64,000 nucleotides of DNA from a virus: IMG/VR virus record IMGVR_UViG_3300034025_000053, positions 1 through 64,000 of that record. One strand, 5' to 3'. Shown in pieces: positions 18,301 through 26,033 of the stretch. Made by a program: the position numbers and the translations under genes. The notes below the pieces were generated by a model that was not told the DNA's origin, did not search any database, and was given only the letters and a program-made list of their open reading frames with translations. The first letter of the stretch is position 1. Every line of letters begins with the position of its first letter.

Positions 18301-18987
18301 ACGCCGGTCGACTATGCGGGCTTCAAGAAGCACGCCACCAAAGCTGCTGATTACCTGGTGCTGAGCAAGTCGGCCGCCGCCGGTCTGCCAGTGCCCGACA
18401 CAGGCATTTTCGAGGAACAGTGGGAAGACGTCAGCCCGAAGCTCATCGCGTACAAAAAGGCCTGTAACGATAAATTCGCGACGCTCACAGCGGCCGAGAA
18501 GACCGCCTGCAAGGCTTACACGGGCAGTTCCTACGCCAACTGGAACCAGGCACTGCGGTCGGGCGACACAAGCTCGAGCGCCTACCAGAGCGCGCAGCCG
18601 ATGGTGAAGGCCTTCGAAAAGGCTTCGATGGACATTCCCGAGGGCACGGTCCTGTGGCGCGGCATCGGCGTCGGTGAGGATACCTACAAGTCGGTGACCG
18701 GTGCGGTGATCCAGGACGGCTCCTTCCAGTCCTCGTCCTTCGGCTCAACCCCGGCATTTGGCGGGTACAAGACCTGGCTCAAGATTCACGTCGGAAAGGG
18801 CGTGAAGGGGCTACATGCAACAACATTTTCGAACTTTGGCAGTGGCGAGCGGGAAATTATCATCAAAAATAATGTAAGATACGCCGTATTGAACGTGACC
18901 CATCACGCCAATTTTGTGGACAGCAAAGGCAAAAGCCACGGCGCAAAAACGATCGTCGATCTGTTGGCGCTCCCGCACGAAGGATGA
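15346..18987 (+). CDS. multidomain (polyvalent-type) protein: helical repeats + WGR domain + protein-kinase-like domain + C3/VIP2/Alt-type ADP-ribosyltransferase (1213 aa)
   Basis: WGR about 16813-17010 (DGHNKYWSVSVHG...GKVGSQGQ). Kinase-like about 17110-17640 (GGSNPGGKF..YYCKF, ANHDVVGLGYDN, VDAGGS). ART about 18460-18900 (YTGSSYANWNQALR, LWRG, SSS 18730-38, ExE 18847-55). Confidence 0.85.
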   Translation: MDILASAPRLYLIKADVKIAHQAGYALWGGRWHKVHQNKPAPKGAPLSAHPHAAGQHQPVKHFTDEQWEGLKLPAENSNAGTYNKQLKQLQEWSDAGDVTAIVGAGYGVNTYGKKAAAIANHLLGLHGSPHKVAAGQKPGWHAAVEHAPAEPVEAPEPAPEPEPTPAAEPPAAEPAPVPAAPEPATVPKSVSSPAIQSIADPDFPAGYKTSKFFTKVAVGLKMMAHEGKLGELQAAFKPDEAAWQGKSPNSKTLLAYHGALVSALKGPPAPAEDPVVVIQPDIKAWVDDCVAAGDWSNLKDVHKQFKGSSVPENAVIAEYIQDALDKKAAAKKKAPKAAPAQEQAPALVAPAPTSPVASMPWDKFVLPAENTNAPSHNKKVAQIKALAEAGDVAGLEALKLGTNTYGKKQALIAQAAIAALKQAAPVAAVPAPAPVAPPPEPKAPVAETGPKDGDTKPGANGTTLVFKDGRWHAQKQAPATAPVAVTSDVYVNQQDGHNKYWSVSVHGNVMKTVYGKVGSQGQTTDKVFDSPSEATHASLKLKAQKLKSGYAFKGHGQHTHSSTTPAPAPAPAPAPAPAPKKSAAAASTSAAYPSMDTWQQIGPQGGSNPGGKFKAPDGTEYYCKFPADENIAKSEVLAAKLYAAAGLAGQDAQLITKNGKIGIASKWVEVKKGKTATALAKAPDAQGGFAVDAWLANHDVVGLGYDNLQIGADGKAVRVDAGGSLEYRAQGAKKEFGHHVVEIDTLRDAAKNPQAATIFGKMTQADIAASVAKVAAVSDAEIKSLVEQFGPGDAAAKKAMAATLIARKADLLAKYPKAAMAVAKGSSWVRLKPGERIVEAGEKFGVHWAKIKVPPKGFHSDAIATPPNFFMNGNQGPTNTWKSSVQHVNEANNLAGQRVFDTAIQQKTFAAVQGLTFEQIDKATGNKTGVKLPYAQHPAGEIKEYYKQVAAELEAQTQATYKTVQNGSFTQSYSTAALSMAADFTPVDYAGFKKHATKAADYLVLSKSAAAGLPVPDTGIFEEQWEDVSPKLIAYKKACNDKFATLTAAEKTACKAYTGSSYANWNQALRSGDTSSSAYQSAQPMVKAFEKASMDIPEGTVLWRGIGVGEDTYKSVTGAVIQDGSFQSSSFGSTPAFGGYKTWLKIHVGKGVKGLHATTFSNFGSGEREIIIKNNVRYAVLNVTHHANFVDSKGKSHGAKTIVDLLALPHEG

Positions 18988-19484
18988 CCATGAGCAACGA
19001 AGAAGAAAAAAACCACGAGCGCATAGCAACGGACGACTCCGGGATCCCGGGGCCGACCGCTGAGAACTCGCCGCCATGGCTGAATTCTACCGAGTCCGTC
19101 GACAACATCGTTCGCCAGTTCGCCGCCTCGGTGATCCGGCGCTACGGCACCGCCAAGCATCAGGACTTCATGAGCTGGCTCTCCAACGAGTGCTTCCGCA
19201 TGAACGAGCTGTTTATCGGCGCTGGCCTGGAGACGATGCCCTTCAGCCGCGGCCCCTGGAACACGCCTGACCAGCTCGGCCAGCACCTGGTGCTGGCGCT
19301 GCGCATCGATGGCGAATTGCGCCTGGCCGTTCGTGACGCCTTCATGATCTTCGCGGCCCGGGTCGGCGCCCTGATGCGTGAGCACCAGACCGAGGAGTCG
19401 CTGCCGGCGCTCCAGAAGGCGCTGGACTCGGCCGTGGTCGAGTTCACCCAGCAGCTGCTGGGCCTGGATGAGGTGAAGGCCTGA
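18984..19484 (+). CDS. hypothetical protein (166 aa), translationally coupled to the ART gene
   Basis: Track ORF. ATGA overlap with the upstream stop. Its own stop overlaps the next start. Confidence 0.6.
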   Translation: MTMSNEEEKNHERIATDDSGIPGPTAENSPPWLNSTESVDNIVRQFAASVIRRYGTAKHQDFMSWLSNECFRMNELFIGAGLETMPFSRGPWNTPDQLGQHLVLALRIDGELRLAVRDAFMIFAARVGALMREHQTEESLPALQKALDSAVVEFTQQLLGLDEVKA

Positions 19485-20419
19485 TGGGCGCGCGCGAGAT
19501 CCCGGATGCTGGCGATCGCATCGAGTTCCGCAGCGATCGCCACACGGACAAAGGCCCGGCCACGGGCGTGGTCCAGGGCGTCAAGATGACGGTCGACGGG
19601 CACGTCGTTACCGTGAAGTTCTCCGATGCTCAGGAAACGTTCTCGTGGGATGACATCTGCGAGGGCGCCGAGCTGGCCGACGATCTGTGGATGATCAAGG
19701 CGCATGTGAAAGGCCACGTCCGCGCCGACGGCGTCTACGTGCGGCCGTACGAGCGCGGCGACGTCAGCCTGCCGGGCGCGAAGCACCACCCCCGCAAGGG
19801 CGACACAGGAAAGCCGGTTCTCGTGCAGCTGCCGCATCACGCCTCCGCCCAGTCGACATGGACCTCGCCCGATGCCGTGGCCACGTTCCTGCCAGATGGC
19901 GATACGCCGCTGTCCCTGAACAAGGTGGCGCTGCGCAGCTGGAAGGATCACCCGACCACCGCCGAAGGCTGGGATTACGTCGACGGCGTCATGGACGACC
20001 TGGTCGAGCCGCGCTTCCACGTGCCCCCCGGGAAGAAGGCCAGCTCCGGCGTCATCATCGAGGAGCGCGACGGCCGGGTCTGGCTGACCGCCCCCACCAA
20101 CGGATTCGGCGGCTACGACGCGACCTTCCCCAAAGGCGGCGCCGAGCCGGAACTGTCGCTCCAGGCGAACGCGATCAAGGAGGCGTACGAGGAAACCGGC
20201 CTGCGCGTGCGCATCGTCGGCTTTCTGGGCGACTTCGACCGCACCACCTCGGTGGCGCGCATGTACCGCGCTGTGCGCGTGGGCGGCACGCCGGCGGACA
20301 TGGGCTGGGAGGCGCAGGCAGTTCATCTGGTGCCGAAAGGTAGTCTTTACGAACACCTGAACGGTCCCGCCGATCATCCGATAGCTGAACTGATCGGCGC
20401 CGGGCCTGCCCCCAAATAA
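19484..20419 (+). CDS. Nudix hydrolase with an unknown ~170-aa N-terminal domain (311 aa)
   Basis: Nudix box GGAEPELSLQANAIKEAYEETGL (about 20134-20205). Confidence 0.8.
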   Translation: MGAREIPDAGDRIEFRSDRHTDKGPATGVVQGVKMTVDGHVVTVKFSDAQETFSWDDICEGAELADDLWMIKAHVKGHVRADGVYVRPYERGDVSLPGAKHHPRKGDTGKPVLVQLPHHASAQSTWTSPDAVATFLPDGDTPLSLNKVALRSWKDHPTTAEGWDYVDGVMDDLVEPRFHVPPGKKASSGVIIEERDGRVWLTAPTNGFGGYDATFPKGGAEPELSLQANAIKEAYEETGLRVRIVGFLGDFDRTTSVARMYRAVRVGGTPADMGWEAQAVHLVPKGSLYEHLNGPADHPIAELIGAGPAPK

Positions 20420-20420
20420 A

Positions 20421-20451
20421 TCGACATACATCAATAATTTTGATGTATGAT
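20421..20451 (+). promoter_or_regulatory. sigma70-like promoter candidate with an embedded 9-bp inverted repeat
   Basis: TCGACA (20421-26), 19-nt spacer, TATGAT (20446-51). The inverted repeat CATACATCA/TGATGTATG (20425-20449) lies in the spacer. Confidence 0.35.
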
Positions 20452-20482
20452 GGTGTCATTCCAACGAAACAAGGATGACATC

Positions 20483-20833
20483 ATGTGGCTCTGCCTCAAT
20501 AACGCTTTTTTGTCGATCGTCGAACCAGGCAAGCCAACACTGGCCAGCGGCGATTTTCTGCTGGTCCGCGCGCGCCGGAAGGGCGATATCGAGGCCGTTT
20601 TCGCCTCCGCGAAAGTAGAACGCAAGCCTGAGCGCGACTATCTCTTCCGCGCGTTGATCCCACGCGCCGAAGTTGCTGCTGCTGTAGCCGAGCAGGTCAA
20701 GGCCATTTCTTATCCGAACTTCAAGAATTCTGTAAGAAACAACAAGCTGCACGATGCATACGCACGCATCTGGGGCATCATGGCGGCGCTGCAGCCGAAG
20801 AAGCCGTACTCCGGCCGAGACGTTCCGTACTAA
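20483..20833 (+). CDS. hypothetical protein (116 aa)
   Basis: ATG at 20483 (MWLCLNNAF...) preceded by AAGGA. Lower-GC moron-like segment. Confidence 0.5.
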   Translation: MWLCLNNAFLSIVEPGKPTLASGDFLLVRARRKGDIEAVFASAKVERKPERDYLFRALIPRAEVAAAVAEQVKAISYPNFKNSVRNNKLHDAYARIWGIMAALQPKKPYSGRDVPY

Positions 20834-20851
20834 CCCCAACCTAAGAAAACT

Positions 20852-21592
20852 ATGAAAATCGAAAACGATGTACTCGCCGTGCTCAGCCGCGCGGATGTGG
20901 GTGGCAATGCCGTGTCCCTGATCGGTCAACTGGATCGCAAACTGTACGAGCGGACTAACAAGGTGCTGGAAGCCGCTGGCGGAAAGTGGAACCGCAGCGC
21001 CAAGGCGCACCTGTTCGACGGCGACGCCTCGGCGCGCATCGAACAAATCATCCTGACTGGCGATATCGTCATCCCGAAGGATGAGTTCGAGTTCTTCCCG
21101 ACGCCACCAGCTGTTGTGGATCTCTTGCTCAAGCGGGCCGAACTCTCGCCTGGAATGCGGGTGCTGGAGCCTAGCGCAGGCCAGGGCAATATTGCCGTGC
21201 CCTGTGCCAACGCAGGCGGTTTGGTCGACTGCTATGAGCTGATGCCTCTGAATTTCGCAATCCTGTCCAAGGATGATCGCCTCGGTGTCGTTCACTACGG
21301 CGACTTTCTTCAGGCAGAGCCGCGCGCTGAATACGACCGCATCCTCATGAATCCGCCGTTCGGCCGTCAGGCCGACATCAAGCACGTGCTGCACGCCTTG
21401 AAGTTCTTGAAACCGGGCGGGCGACTGGTGTCGGTGATGGCGGCCAGCGTGGCATTCAGGGAGAATAAGCTGACGACCGATTTCCGGGCGGTGGTCTCTG
21501 CCCGGGGCGGCACGATCGATCCGCTGCCCGACGGGGCGTTCAAAACGTCCGGCACCATGGTCAGTACGGTGCTTGTGACGATACCGATGTAA
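20852..21592 (+). CDS. gamma-class N6-adenine DNA methyltransferase-like protein (246 aa)
   Basis: SAM motif VLEPSAGQGNI comes before the catalytic motif LMNPPFG. FFPTPP segment upstream. Confidence 0.75.
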   Translation: MKIENDVLAVLSRADVGGNAVSLIGQLDRKLYERTNKVLEAAGGKWNRSAKAHLFDGDASARIEQIILTGDIVIPKDEFEFFPTPPAVVDLLLKRAELSPGMRVLEPSAGQGNIAVPCANAGGLVDCYELMPLNFAILSKDDRLGVVHYGDFLQAEPRAEYDRILMNPPFGRQADIKHVLHALKFLKPGGRLVSVMAASVAFRENKLTTDFRAVVSARGGTIDPLPDGAFKTSGTMVSTVLVTIPM

Positions 21593-21597
21593 CTTAA

Positions 21598-21618
21598 GCC
21601 CCGCACGCGGGGCTTTTT
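21598..21618 (+). terminator. rho-independent terminator
   Basis: GCCCCG-CACG-CGGGGC stem-loop followed by TTTTT, immediately after the stop of the 20852 gene. Confidence 0.75.
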
Positions 21619-21623
21619 GCTGT

Positions 21624-21639
21624 GTGTCGTGAGTGCAGC
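21624..21639 (+). promoter_or_regulatory. TCGTGA motif copy upstream of terL
   Basis: gtgTCGTGAGtgcagc, 6 nt after the terminator U tract. Confidence 0.35.
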
Positions 21640-21647
21640 ATGGGAGC

Positions 21648-24275
21648 ATGGCAAAAATTACCGTCAAGCTCCCCCGGCTGCATGCCGCGCAACTGGCCTG
21701 CATCGCCGGCGCGAAGCGGTTCAACATCGTCGCGGCCGGCGAGGACGCTGGAAAAACCACGCTCGGCATCGACGTGCTGCTGGCCAGCGCGCGCGGCGCC
21801 CTGAACAGCAAAATCCCTGTCGCCTGGTTCTCGCCCACAGACGAGGATCTGAAAGAGGTCCGCCGCGCCGTCGTGAACGCCCTGGGCGATCTCGTGAAGC
21901 GCCGGCATAGCTCCCGCCGCATCGAGCTGGTTTCGGGCTGCCTGATCGATTTCTATTCGTTCACCGACCACTACGACGTCATGGACCAGTTCGGCCTGAT
22001 CGTGGTCGATGGCGCGCGCCACGTCGACGGCCTGCTCGATCGCTGGGAAGACATGGTTCGGCCCATGCTCCAGCAGCACAAGGGCCAGGCCTGGATCCTC
22101 TCCGACGCCTACGGCAAGAAAAACGACTTCTACCGCCTCTGGCGCACGGCCGAGCGGGATCCCGACTGGTCGCGGTCCCACTTCGACTCGTTTGCCAACC
22201 CGCACCTGCCGGCCGAGACGGCGGCCGAGTCGACCACGGTCAGCGAACCGGAATACTTGCAGCGCTACGCTGCAGAATTCCTCGAGGTGGCGATCGAGCT
22301 GACCGCCGAGCAGCGCGTCGTGCGCCCGGGTGAGACGTTCCTCGAGTGGTGCGAGCGCCTGGAGGAAGGTGGCCTCAAGGTCGACAACACCGCCTTCACC
22401 CTGTCCGACCGGCCGGCCATGCGGTTCCTGTACGAGCTGATCCCGTCCACGCGCGAGGACGCGTACGATCGGATCGACATCATCATGAAGTGCACGCAGG
22501 TGGGCTTCACGGTCATGGAGATGCTGGCCATGATCTACCTAGCCCTGCGGTTCTCCCCGGCCAAGGTGGGCATGTTCATGCCGTCGACGATGACCGCCGG
22601 CGGCAAGTCACGCGGCCGCTTTATGCCGATCGTGCGCACGATCCCGGACGTCTACCGCCTGATGGTCGACGAGAAGGCGGCGGCGCGCCGCGGCGCCAAC
22701 GAGGGCAACGTGCTGGTCCGCGAGCTGGGCCAGTCAAAGTTCCACTTCCTCTGGACAAGCGGCAAGACCGCCACCGAATCGAACCCGATGGATATCCTGT
22801 CCTTCGACGAGGTGCAGGAGATGAAAATCGCCGACATGGAAAAGACCATGGAGCGTATCTCCGGCTCGAAGCTGCGCTACACGCTCATGGGATCCACTGC
22901 GAACTGGCCGGATAGCGACATCCACTTCTGGTACAAAAAAGGCACCCAGCACCAATTCCACACGCGCTGCCCGTGCTGCGACGCGCTGCAGGTGCTCGAC
23001 GAGCACTTCCCGGAATGCATCGGCTACGACGCAGAGGCGCCGAAGAATGACCCGCGCGCGCCGGCCGGCGCCTTGGGCGAGTACCGGTACCGGTGCTTCG
23101 AGTGCCAGGGCTGGATCGATGACCCCCAGGAGGGCGAATGGATCGCCAAGGTGCCAGACGCGCCGCTGCGATCGGTCCACTTCCCCCAGTTCCTCAGCCC
23201 GACCATCAGCCCGCGGCAGATCATCGAGGCCTACCACAGCGCCGACGACATGAAGAACTTCTTCAACCGGAAGCTGGGCAAGCCGTACACCGACCCGTCA
23301 CAGGTGCCGGTGAACCTGGAGATGTTGAACGCGTGCGCCGCCGCCGGCATGGCCGCTGGCCTGGTCTGGAAGCGCAACGGGAAAGGCACCTTCATGGGCC
23401 TCGATCAGATGGGCAGCTTCATCGTGGCCGTGCTCAAGGAGCGCATGCCAGACGGGCGCCAGGCGACCATCCACCTGGAGTACATCTACATCAAGCCGAC
23501 GAAGGAGAACCCGGACGCGTCGCCCTGGGATCGTTGCGACGAGCTCATGGAGGCCTACGGCGTCCAGTGCTGCGTGGTGGAGACCTTGCCGAACTACGAC
23601 AGCGCCAAGAGCTTCGCGCGGCGCCACGACGGCAAGGTGTTCCTGGCCGGCTACGGGAACATGGACGGCGACATGCTGGCCTGGGGCGACGCCATGGGCC
23701 TGAACGTGTCCGAGCGCCGCACCGACGAGGAACTGCGCGACCGGTTCACAGTGCGCCTGGACCAGTACAAGTGCATGCAGGTGTCGATGGCGCGGTTCCA
23801 GAAACGCATGTGCCTGTTCCCGGATCCAGACGGCTTGGTCCAGGAGGTGCTGGTGAAGGGCAAAAAGGTGCTGTCGGCCGTCTGCAAGGAACAGGCCTTC
23901 TTCCACTTCACGCGCACGGCACTGATCGCGGAGAAGGACGAGGAGGAGAAGAAGTTCAAGCGCAGGGTGGTAAAGGTCGGCATCGACCCGCACACCAGCT
24001 ACGCCAACATGCTCTGCGACGTGGCCTGGGCGCGCGCGCACGGCACGAGCATGTTCATCCTGCCAGGTGATGAGAACGGGGCCGTGCTGCCCGTGAATGA
24101 GCACGTACAGGGCCTGCCAGGGATGAGTTCTGCGCTGCAGGCTGCTCAGGCGTCGCTGTCGGACACCTGCGGCCAGTGCAGCAACCGCGATGAGGTCAGC
24201 GGTATCTGCACTGAGAATTTCTTGCGGGTGAAGGAGTCCTCGCCCGGGTGTATCGCTTTTATGCGGCGGGCTTAG
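21648..24275 (+). CDS. terL: large terminase, lambda GpA type, with an additional N-terminal P-loop ATPase-like domain (875 aa from ATG 21648; GTG 21633 also possible)
   Basis: GpA-type deviant Walker A KCTQVGFT (about 22486), Zn motifs CPCC and CFEC. The N-terminal ~215 aa carry AAGEDAGKTT and LIVVDGA. Confidence 0.85.
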   Translation: MAKITVKLPRLHAAQLACIAGAKRFNIVAAGEDAGKTTLGIDVLLASARGALNSKIPVAWFSPTDEDLKEVRRAVVNALGDLVKRRHSSRRIELVSGCLIDFYSFTDHYDVMDQFGLIVVDGARHVDGLLDRWEDMVRPMLQQHKGQAWILSDAYGKKNDFYRLWRTAERDPDWSRSHFDSFANPHLPAETAAESTTVSEPEYLQRYAAEFLEVAIELTAEQRVVRPGETFLEWCERLEEGGLKVDNTAFTLSDRPAMRFLYELIPSTREDAYDRIDIIMKCTQVGFTVMEMLAMIYLALRFSPAKVGMFMPSTMTAGGKSRGRFMPIVRTIPDVYRLMVDEKAAARRGANEGNVLVRELGQSKFHFLWTSGKTATESNPMDILSFDEVQEMKIADMEKTMERISGSKLRYTLMGSTANWPDSDIHFWYKKGTQHQFHTRCPCCDALQVLDEHFPECIGYDAEAPKNDPRAPAGALGEYRYRCFECQGWIDDPQEGEWIAKVPDAPLRSVHFPQFLSPTISPRQIIEAYHSADDMKNFFNRKLGKPYTDPSQVPVNLEMLNACAAAGMAAGLVWKRNGKGTFMGLDQMGSFIVAVLKERMPDGRQATIHLEYIYIKPTKENPDASPWDRCDELMEAYGVQCCVVETLPNYDSAKSFARRHDGKVFLAGYGNMDGDMLAWGDAMGLNVSERRTDEELRDRFTVRLDQYKCMQVSMARFQKRMCLFPDPDGLVQEVLVKGKKVLSAVCKEQAFFHFTRTALIAEKDEEEKKFKRRVVKVGIDPHTSYANMLCDVAWARAHGTSMFILPGDENGAVLPVNEHVQGLPGMSSALQAAQASLSDTCGQCSNRDEVSGICTENFLRVKESSPGCIAFMRRA

Positions 24276-24435
24276 CCGGCGGCGCGAACGCGAAGTGCGC
24301 CAGGATGCCCAGCAGGATGATCGGCACCAAACTACTGTCCTGGAACTGGTGCTGGATCCGGTAGTACTCGTACAGGTCCGCCGCCATCAGGATCAGGCCG
24401 ACGAAGAAGAAAACGAGGCAAATAATACGGTTCAT
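24259..24435 (-). CDS. small membrane protein (58 aa)
   Basis: Hand-translated as MNRIICLVFFFVGLILMAADLYEYY...ILLGILAHFAF. RBS AGGAGAG. 3' end overlaps the terL stop by 17 nt (convergent). Confidence 0.5.
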   Translation of the reverse strand: MNRIICLVFFFVGLILMAADLYEYYRIQHQFQDSSLVPIILLGILAHFAFAPPAKPAA

Positions 24436-24502
24436 GGTGCTCTCCTGGTGACGTCCATACCGCAGACCAGCTGCGGAGTGGACGTTTAAAGCTTGACATG
24501 CT

Positions 24503-25435
24503 TTACGATTTGATCCCGGCGATAACGGCGACGAGGTCTATCCTTCCAAGAGCACTAGCCATTTGCCGGGAGCCGCCGATCGGCGCGACCGCCCTGACGC
24601 ACGCATCGCGCACTTCTACAGCGATCGCCATCTCGCGCGACTTGAGCTTCGCGATGTCAGGCGAAATCCACACCTCGCCTGAACTACGCCAGCCCAGCGA
24701 CTCGAGCAGGCGCTCAGCATTGCCAAGCGCACGCGAGCACTGGTCGTAGGCTTCCTTGGTCGGAGCGTCCGCGTACAACGGCTCGTCAGGATGGCGGATC
24801 AGCACGCCCATTGGATCGCAGTCGATGTCGATCCAGTTGCGGCGGCGCCCGGTGTAAGGGTCGTATGGGCGGAGGAACGGCTGAGCCGGTCCAGTCTCGA
24901 CGACCTGGCCGGCGTCGATGGCGTGGCGCAGTGCGGCGTTGGCGATGGATAACGCAACGTCTTTAGGTCCGTACGGCGCGCCGGCATTGGATACGCCGAT
25001 GCTGAACTGGCATGGCACTGCCTTTCGGATTTCTTCCCAGATCTCGTCGTAGCTCATCCGCGTCTCCGGATACACCGGCGCGGGCGCTGGCCAGGTGCAG
25101 CATTCAATCTCAGGGGAGGTATTGCATGGACAGGCGCGGACCTTCGCGCCATCCAGAATAAGCTCATCGCCCACGAACACCGGCTTGCCGTCGACCATGC
25201 CGAGCGGGGTCATGACGAGGTCGTAGGTAGTTTCGTTCTCCTGATCGCCGAATCGCCCGGACGCGTGCCACGCGGCAATCACATCGAGCGGGCCAGCGAT
25301 GCCAGCCAGGCGCTTTTCATCGTGACGGCAGTCCCACTTGAAGACAGTCGCTTCGCGGCCGTCGCGGCAGCAATACGGCGCGCCGGCCTTGGCATGCTCC
25401 AGGTTGAAGGGACGGGTGTGTTCAGGTTTGTTCAT
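24503..25435 (-). CDS. hypothetical protein (310 aa)
   Basis: Track ORF with normal composition. No motif recognised. Confidence 0.6.
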   Translation of the reverse strand: MNKPEHTRPFNLEHAKAGAPYCCRDGREATVFKWDCRHDEKRLAGIAGPLDVIAAWHASGRFGDQENETTYDLVMTPLGMVDGKPVFVGDELILDGAKVRACPCNTSPEIECCTWPAPAPVYPETRMSYDEIWEEIRKAVPCQFSIGVSNAGAPYGPKDVALSIANAALRHAIDAGQVVETGPAQPFLRPYDPYTGRRRNWIDIDCDPMGVLIRHPDEPLYADAPTKEAYDQCSRALGNAERLLESLGWRSSGEVWISPDIAKLKSREMAIAVEVRDACVRAVAPIGGSRQMASALGRIDLVAVIAGIKS

Positions 25436-25464
25436 GGATTTGCGCCTCTGGGGCGTCCGTAAAG

Positions 25465-25704
25465 TTATGGATTGTCGTCGCTATACCAGCCGCGCGCGGT
25501 GCCCCGGGCGCTGTGCTCGATGAAGGCGGCTGTCTGGCGCGCCTTCGCCTCGTTGTTGAGCCGGCGCGCCTCGGAATGTGCTATCTCCCAGCTGGGGCAG
25601 CCGCCGACGATGGCGACGAACTCGTTGGTCCTCGACGGCCGGTAGTAGCCGGCGGCGTAATCTTGGTGGGGAGGCAGCGGCCCGGCCGGGATGTACTTGA
25701 GCAT
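25465..25704 (-). CDS. hypothetical protein (79 aa)
   Basis: Track ORF, same strand and tightly spaced with its neighbours. Confidence 0.5.
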   Translation of the reverse strand: MLKYIPAGPLPPHQDYAAGYYRPSRTNEFVAIVGGCPSWEIAHSEARRLNNEAKARQTAAFIEHSARGTARGWYSDDNP

Positions 25705-25722
25705 GGCCGGGCGCGAAGATGG

Positions 25723-25971
25723 TTAGGCTACTTCGCCGCGCAACACCGCGCGCTTCAGCTTCTGGTACGCGCCGCGCCCGCAGGACGGCTGGAGGTAGCG
25801 CCGGCCGAGGAAGTGGGCGCCAGGGCCGCCGGGCTGCGGCTGGCCGCCAGCGAAGTTGATCAGCGGCGCGGGGATGAACTCGGGCTTAGTAGGGATGAGT
25901 TCGATCGCGCGCGGGTGCATTCCGGCGTTGTGTACCGCTTTGCGGAGGGATTTTGCTTTCTTGGCGTTCAT
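25723..25971 (-). CDS. hypothetical basic protein (82 aa)
   Basis: Track ORF. Confidence 0.5.
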   Translation of the reverse strand: MNAKKAKSLRKAVHNAGMHPRAIELIPTKPEFIPAPLINFAGGQPQPGGPGAHFLGRRYLQPSCGRGAYQKLKRAVLRGEVA

Positions 25972-26033
25972 GGTGTTCCTATGGTTATGGTGGGTGCTGC
26001 ACCGTAAAAGCCGCGTCGTGCGCGGCTGTGTGG

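Noticed and set aside
18984-19484. Calling the 166-aa ORF an immunity or antitoxin protein for the ADP-ribosyltransferase.
   Set aside because: Only the position (translational coupling) supports this. No motif was recognised, and a packaged effector may not need an immunity protein. It is kept as hypothetical.
20852-21592. Possibility that the four methyltransferases belong to restriction-modification systems.
   Set aside because: No adjacent ORF shows endonuclease-like motifs (PD-(D/E)XK, HNH or GIY-YIG were not recognisable by eye). All look like orphan, anti-restriction-type phage methylases. The ParB-like domain is fused to an MTase, not to a separate nuclease.
24451-24485. Long imperfect hairpin between the last two genes of the minus-strand cassette, considered as a terminator.
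   Set aside because: No U tract follows on either strand. It is more likely an mRNA processing or stability element, or has no function.
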